DNA from: a bacterium
GTDB taxonomy: Bacteria > Zhuqueibacterota > Zhuqueibacteria > Residuimicrobiales > Krinioviventaceae
Reading direction: 5' to 3'
NCBI GenBank assembly: GCA_963675755.2
Contig: CAXXMD010000003.1
Coordinates: 1,088,001 to 1,152,000 of the forward strand
Length of the DNA stretch: 64,000 nt
Positions within the stretch are counted from its first letter, which is position 1. Each line of letters begins with the position of its first letter. The position numbers were made by a program, and so were the translations under genes. Under the pieces are notes generated by a model. It was not told the DNA's origin. It did no database searches and saw nothing but the letters and a program-made list of their open reading frames with translations. This document shows, piece after piece, positions 60,925 through 64,000 of the stretch.

Positions 60925-61296
60925 TTATAGAACATATCTCTTAATTCCATCTTTGAGCAGTTCTACATTAAAATTTATCAACAAACCCGTAGAAATCTTG
61001 GCAAGCTTCATATACGTTAAAAGTTGAGCTTGATGAATAGGCTTTATAAAATCAACCGATTTCAATTCTATAATTAACTTATTTTTTACCAATAAATCAA
61101 TTCTAAATCCACAATCCAATTTTACACCTTTATAAATAATTGGTATGGATTTCTGAACCTCAAATGGAATTTCCGCCAGGGCAAATTCTCTGGCTAAACA
61201 TTGTTCATAGGCAGATTCAAGCAATCCCGGACCCAATGTTTTATGTACATTTATAGCACAACCAATAACCTTGTTTGACAATGAATCAAAATTCAT
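60925..61296 (-). CDS. GxxExxY protein (PD-(D/E)XK nuclease-like fold)
   Basis: VHKTLGPGLLESAYE, RIDLLV...IIELKSV, HQAQLLTY, GLLINFN. Confidence 0.95.
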   Translation of the reverse strand: MNFDSLSNKVIGCAINVHKTLGPGLLESAYEQCLAREFALAEIPFEVQKSIPIIYKGVKLDCGFRIDLLVKNKLIIELKSVDFIKPIHQAQLLTYMKLAKISTGLLINFNVELLKDGIKRYVL

Positions 61297-61358
61297 AAAC
61301 TCCCCCTCTGAGTAATTATATTATACGATAGAAATCAAGTCTGATTGTTTTGCTTTTC

Positions 61359-61433
61359 CTTCGTGTTCTTCGTGAACTTTGTGGTTCTATAAACATTTAA
61401 TAATTGACCACGAAGGACACGAAAGTCACGAAG
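61359..61433. repeat. Pair of inverted triple-CAC arms with a 21 nt spacer
   Basis: CTTCGTGTTCTTCGTGAACTTTGTGGT (61359-61385) and ACCACGAAGGACACGAAAGTCACGAAG (61407-61433). Confidence 0.9.
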
Positions 61434-61440
61434 AATTCTT

Positions 61441-62121
61441 TTAAATAATTATATCAGATATGTCATAATTATAATCTTTAATCTTTATAAGATTTAAATT
61501 CCAAATAATAAATAAAACATCAAACTCAACTTTATTCCTTTTTAGTAATGTAAATAATTGTTCCATTCCTATCCTTATATCAATTGGAACGACAGGAACA
61601 TTACTATATATCAACAACCAATTGTATGTAAACAAATTATAATTCTTAAATTTTTCAGTCTTATTTATTATAGTTTCATGAATACACTTTGCCCAATCAA
61701 TTTCCGGTTGTATACCACATGAAGGCAAACCTATTAATCTTTTTTGGCTTGAATCCAAAGATTTGATTATCTCATCATTCTTTTTCGAATTATTTTTGTT
61801 ATTTAATGTAGGTTCCAAAATTCCTTGTGGATGCCTTTTCTTCAATATAGACAAAGCTCTTTTATATTGCTCTGTACTTGCTTCAGTAAATTCAATTCCA
61901 ATTGAATATCCATTAAACCTTATTTCAAAATCTGATTTGTCGTGATGAACAATTTCAAAAGGATAATTTATTATTGGACACTTTATTATATTTGCTAATA
62001 GACGTACTAATGCCCATTTTTCTACATCTTTCTTTTTGTTACCATTCTCATGGTTATGAATAAGTTTATATTTTTGAATAAATATATTCAAATCTTTATT
62101 ATTTATTAAATTGTATTCCAT
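61441..62121 (-). CDS. Very AT-rich hypothetical protein, possible restriction-endonuclease-like fold
   Basis: 226 aa ORF; DKSDFEI...IGIEFTE resembles a (P)D...E nuclease core. Confidence 0.55.
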   Translation of the reverse strand: MEYNLINNKDLNIFIQKYKLIHNHENGNKKKDVEKWALVRLLANIIKCPIINYPFEIVHHDKSDFEIRFNGYSIGIEFTEASTEQYKRALSILKKRHPQGILEPTLNNKNNSKKNDEIIKSLDSSQKRLIGLPSCGIQPEIDWAKCIHETIINKTEKFKNYNLFTYNWLLIYSNVPVVPIDIRIGMEQLFTLLKRNKVEFDVLFIIWNLNLIKIKDYNYDISDIII

Positions 62122-62166
62122 TTTTAAATATATAATTTTTTATCCATAAACATTGAAAAATATTTC

Positions 62167-62193
62167 CTTCGTGGTCTTCGTGACCTCTGTGGT
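62167..62193 (-). repeat. Triple-CAC arm
   Basis: Minus strand reads ACCACAGAGGTCACGAAGACCACGAAG. Confidence 0.85.
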
Positions 62194-62234
62194 TATCTTT
62201 GTTTTTTATAAAATCAAAATTTAAGCTGGAATTC

Positions 62235-62831
62235 CTATATCGAAAACACCAAACCTGTTTTGATTTTCAGAGTTGACTTTTTTTCATAATCATCTATATC
62301 ACGAACACCATATTCGGTATGAATACGAAATCCAATCGAATATTTGGAGACTTGCTTTTGAATGAGCATTGATCCCGAAATAAACCAAAAGGCTTCACCC
62401 CAATAACCATGTTCATCACTCCCGCATTTCTCTTGTGAATAGCCTAGTCCAACCTGTGGTAATCCGGTAATATCACCACTGACCGAAAATTGTTTCCCAA
62501 CCAATAATTCGTTTACATTATATGTATACAAGTAATCAACATCCCTGGTATAGTATAACTTTCCTTTCGCGTAATAATTCATAGTCGAAGCATCATGATA
62601 TGCTTTTTCTACACGGAAATGTACATCCAAGTGAGGAATATATACAGGGACTGAAAATCCGAACAAGAATGCACTGGAACCTACATCAAGCTCACAACCA
62701 GGATAAACGGTTATTGTAGGATTGGGTAAATAGCTCATTCCCATTTCAATATTTACAATTTCTGCCTTTAACGGTGAGATTAGAAATAACACAACAAAAC
62801 AACATACAACCAAAACTTTTTTTGAATACAT
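62235..62831 (-). CDS. Hypothetical secreted protein, probable small outer-membrane beta-barrel
   Basis: Signal peptide (LKA-EIVN), amphipathic strands, C-terminal KTGLVFSI; GGAGG RBS. Confidence 0.6.
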   Translation of the reverse strand: MYSKKVLVVCCFVVLFLISPLKAEIVNIEMGMSYLPNPTITVYPGCELDVGSSAFLFGFSVPVYIPHLDVHFRVEKAYHDASTMNYYAKGKLYYTRDVDYLYTYNVNELLVGKQFSVSGDITGLPQVGLGYSQEKCGSDEHGYWGEAFWFISGSMLIQKQVSKYSIGFRIHTEYGVRDIDDYEKKSTLKIKTGLVFSI

Positions 62832-62975
62832 AACTCCCTCCTGTTTGTACTGCTTTACAATAAAGACTTAAAATTTGGTATAACAATCCCCAAGTTTTAC
62901 TATTTACTAAATATATTATATAAACGGAATGAAACCAATAAATTTTTCAAAATATCTTAAAAAGTAAATTACTTT

Positions 62976-63106
62976 TACAAAGGATACGAAAGGCATACAG
63001 AAAAACAAACTCCATTTCTTGTCTGTCAGTTTAATCAACTACTAATTAACTTTTAAGCATCCAACCAGATTTTCTTTCTCTTCATGGTCTTTGTGTCCTC
63101 TATGGT
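62976..63106. repeat. Degenerate gene-less unit bounded by inverted triple-CAC arms
   Basis: TACAAAGGATACGAAAGGCATACAG (62976-63000) and CTTCATGGTCTTTGTGTCCTCTATGGT (63080-63106); the interior resembles 60701-60868. Confidence 0.65.
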
Positions 63107-63113
63107 TAGAAAT

Positions 63114-63156
63114 AAAAAAAGCCACAGCACTCAATTTTTAGAATACTGTGGCTTTT
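63114..63156 (-). terminator. Intrinsic terminator of the 63176-63772 gene
   Basis: AAAAGCCACAG...CTGTGGCTTTT stem with a T run on the minus strand. Confidence 0.75.
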
Positions 63157-63175
63157 AACGACGCTTAAAACCATA

Positions 63176-63772
63176 CTAAAACCCAAACACCAGTCCTGTT
63201 TGAACTTTGAATGTATATTCCCAATCCACATAATCCACATCTATCGCGCCCACTTGCAAATGTACTCGCAATCCTGCTGAAACAGCGCCTATTGGGACTT
63301 TATACAATAACGATCCGGAAACAAACCAATAATTCTCCTTAAAATATCCATCAGCTTCATTACCGCACTGCTCCATACTGTAACCGATACCCAACTGCGG
63401 CAGTGTTTTGATCTTTTCAAACAACATAAAAGGTCTTCCCATCAAAAGCTCTATTGCGTCATATTTAGAATTATAATCCACATCCATTTCTTTATATACG
63501 CTACCCCGGGACAGATAATCTTTTTGATAGGATTTATGAATACCCCGCTGCATCCGAATATGCGTATTAAAATAAGGAACGGGTAAAGGCACACTCAAAC
63601 CTAAAAGTATTCCACTGGACTCAATATGTACACCTCGCGTCTCTTTGAACAAACCATTGGTATTGGGCATGGTGCTCAAACCTGCTTCAAAATTGACAAT
63701 CTCTGCCTGTATGTGGGTTACGAGTGAAAAGAATATAACCGAACAGATAACGGCCGCTTTCCGTAATGTCAT
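63176..63772 (-). CDS. Paralog of 62235-62831, probable small outer-membrane beta-barrel
   Basis: Start ATG 63772 behind GGAGG; shares AEIVN, LPQ.G.GYS.E.CG, WF.SGS and TGLVF; terminal Phe. Confidence 0.65.
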   Translation of the reverse strand: MTLRKAAVICSVIFFSLVTHIQAEIVNFEAGLSTMPNTNGLFKETRGVHIESSGILLGLSVPLPVPYFNTHIRMQRGIHKSYQKDYLSRGSVYKEMDVDYNSKYDAIELLMGRPFMLFEKIKTLPQLGIGYSMEQCGNEADGYFKENYWFVSGSLLYKVPIGAVSAGLRVHLQVGAIDVDYVDWEYTFKVQTGLVFGF

Positions 63773-63905
63773 GTTTCCTCCTGCCTTGTCTGTAATCAAA
63801 TCCGATTGGGAGCACAAAAAATGGCTCCCAATCACTCTCTCATAAATGATATATAAAATTTAGACAAGGCAAAGCGGCTATTGCTTCCCCCGGTATTAGA
63901 AAAGA

Positions 63906-64000
63906 TTAACCATTTACAACCTGATCTGCGGCTTTTACGATCCGATCCCATGCTGCTTGAACGTGTTTTTCTTCGGTATTTGACTGCCCTATGCTCATAC
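63906..64000 (-). CDS. 3' end of a probable pyridoxal-dependent (aromatic amino acid) decarboxylase
   Basis: Manual translation ...MSIGQSNTEEKHVQAAWDRIVKAADQVVNG* resembles the C-terminus of group II decarboxylases; truncated by the window edge. Confidence 0.55.
   Translation of the reverse strand, partial: MSIGQSNTEEKHVQAAWDRIVKAADQVVNG

Noticed and set aside
61359-61385. Arm as a coding N-terminal extension (TTKFTKNTK) of GxxExxY
   Set aside because: That reading is out of frame with the ATG at 61296, which has its own purine-rich RBS.
60842-61433. Arm hairpins as ordinary intrinsic terminators
   Set aside because: The stems are long, periodically mismatched and have 21-22 nt loops, and the same arms occur singly and in gene-free DNA. 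A secondary terminating role cannot be excluded.
348-63845. Many short ORFs overlapping the major genes (e.g. 348-788, 14585-15178, 37933-38493)
   Set aside because: They are antisense or alternate-frame shadows of well-supported CDSs with no motifs.
1-64000. tRNA, rRNA, transposase, integrase or prophage genes
   Set aside because: None was recognised by eye. tRNAscan-SE and cmscan were not run, so small RNAs could have been missed.

Overview
A 64 kb bacterial window, probably from an FCB-related lineage such as KSB1 or Calditrichota. This is an inference from YPNPFNP/FlgD-type C-terminal sorting domains occurring together with Shine-Dalgarno RBSs and TTGACA/TATAAT promoters. Most of the window is glycan catabolism: sulfatase, GH39, a PL22-like lyase, two GH28, two GH78, a GH33 sialidase, three Tat-exported Gfo/Idh/MocA oxidoreductases, two DUF1080 proteins and a GntP permease. 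It also carries GNATs, secreted CTD proteins, two-component genes and a cytochrome bd subunit-I-like protein fused to an octaheme cytochrome c. The best candidate for an undescribed system is a dispersed family of ~27-29 nt 'triple-CAC' arms ([A/C]CCAC-N5-7-CAC-N6-7-CAC). At 60.7-63.1 kb these arms act as terminal inverted repeats around single genes (a GxxExxY PD-(D/E)XK-like protein and an AT-rich nuclease-like ORF). The units are stacked head-to-tail with 21-22 nt spacers, and in both the stop codon lies exactly 7 nt from the arm. The same arms form a gene-free ~334 bp tandem duplication at 15.85-16.5 kb, and related arms flank an AT-rich gene at 34.6-36.7 kb. No rRNA, tRNA, CRISPR array, integrase or transposase was recognised. 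All family calls are by-eye motif recognition, not database searches.
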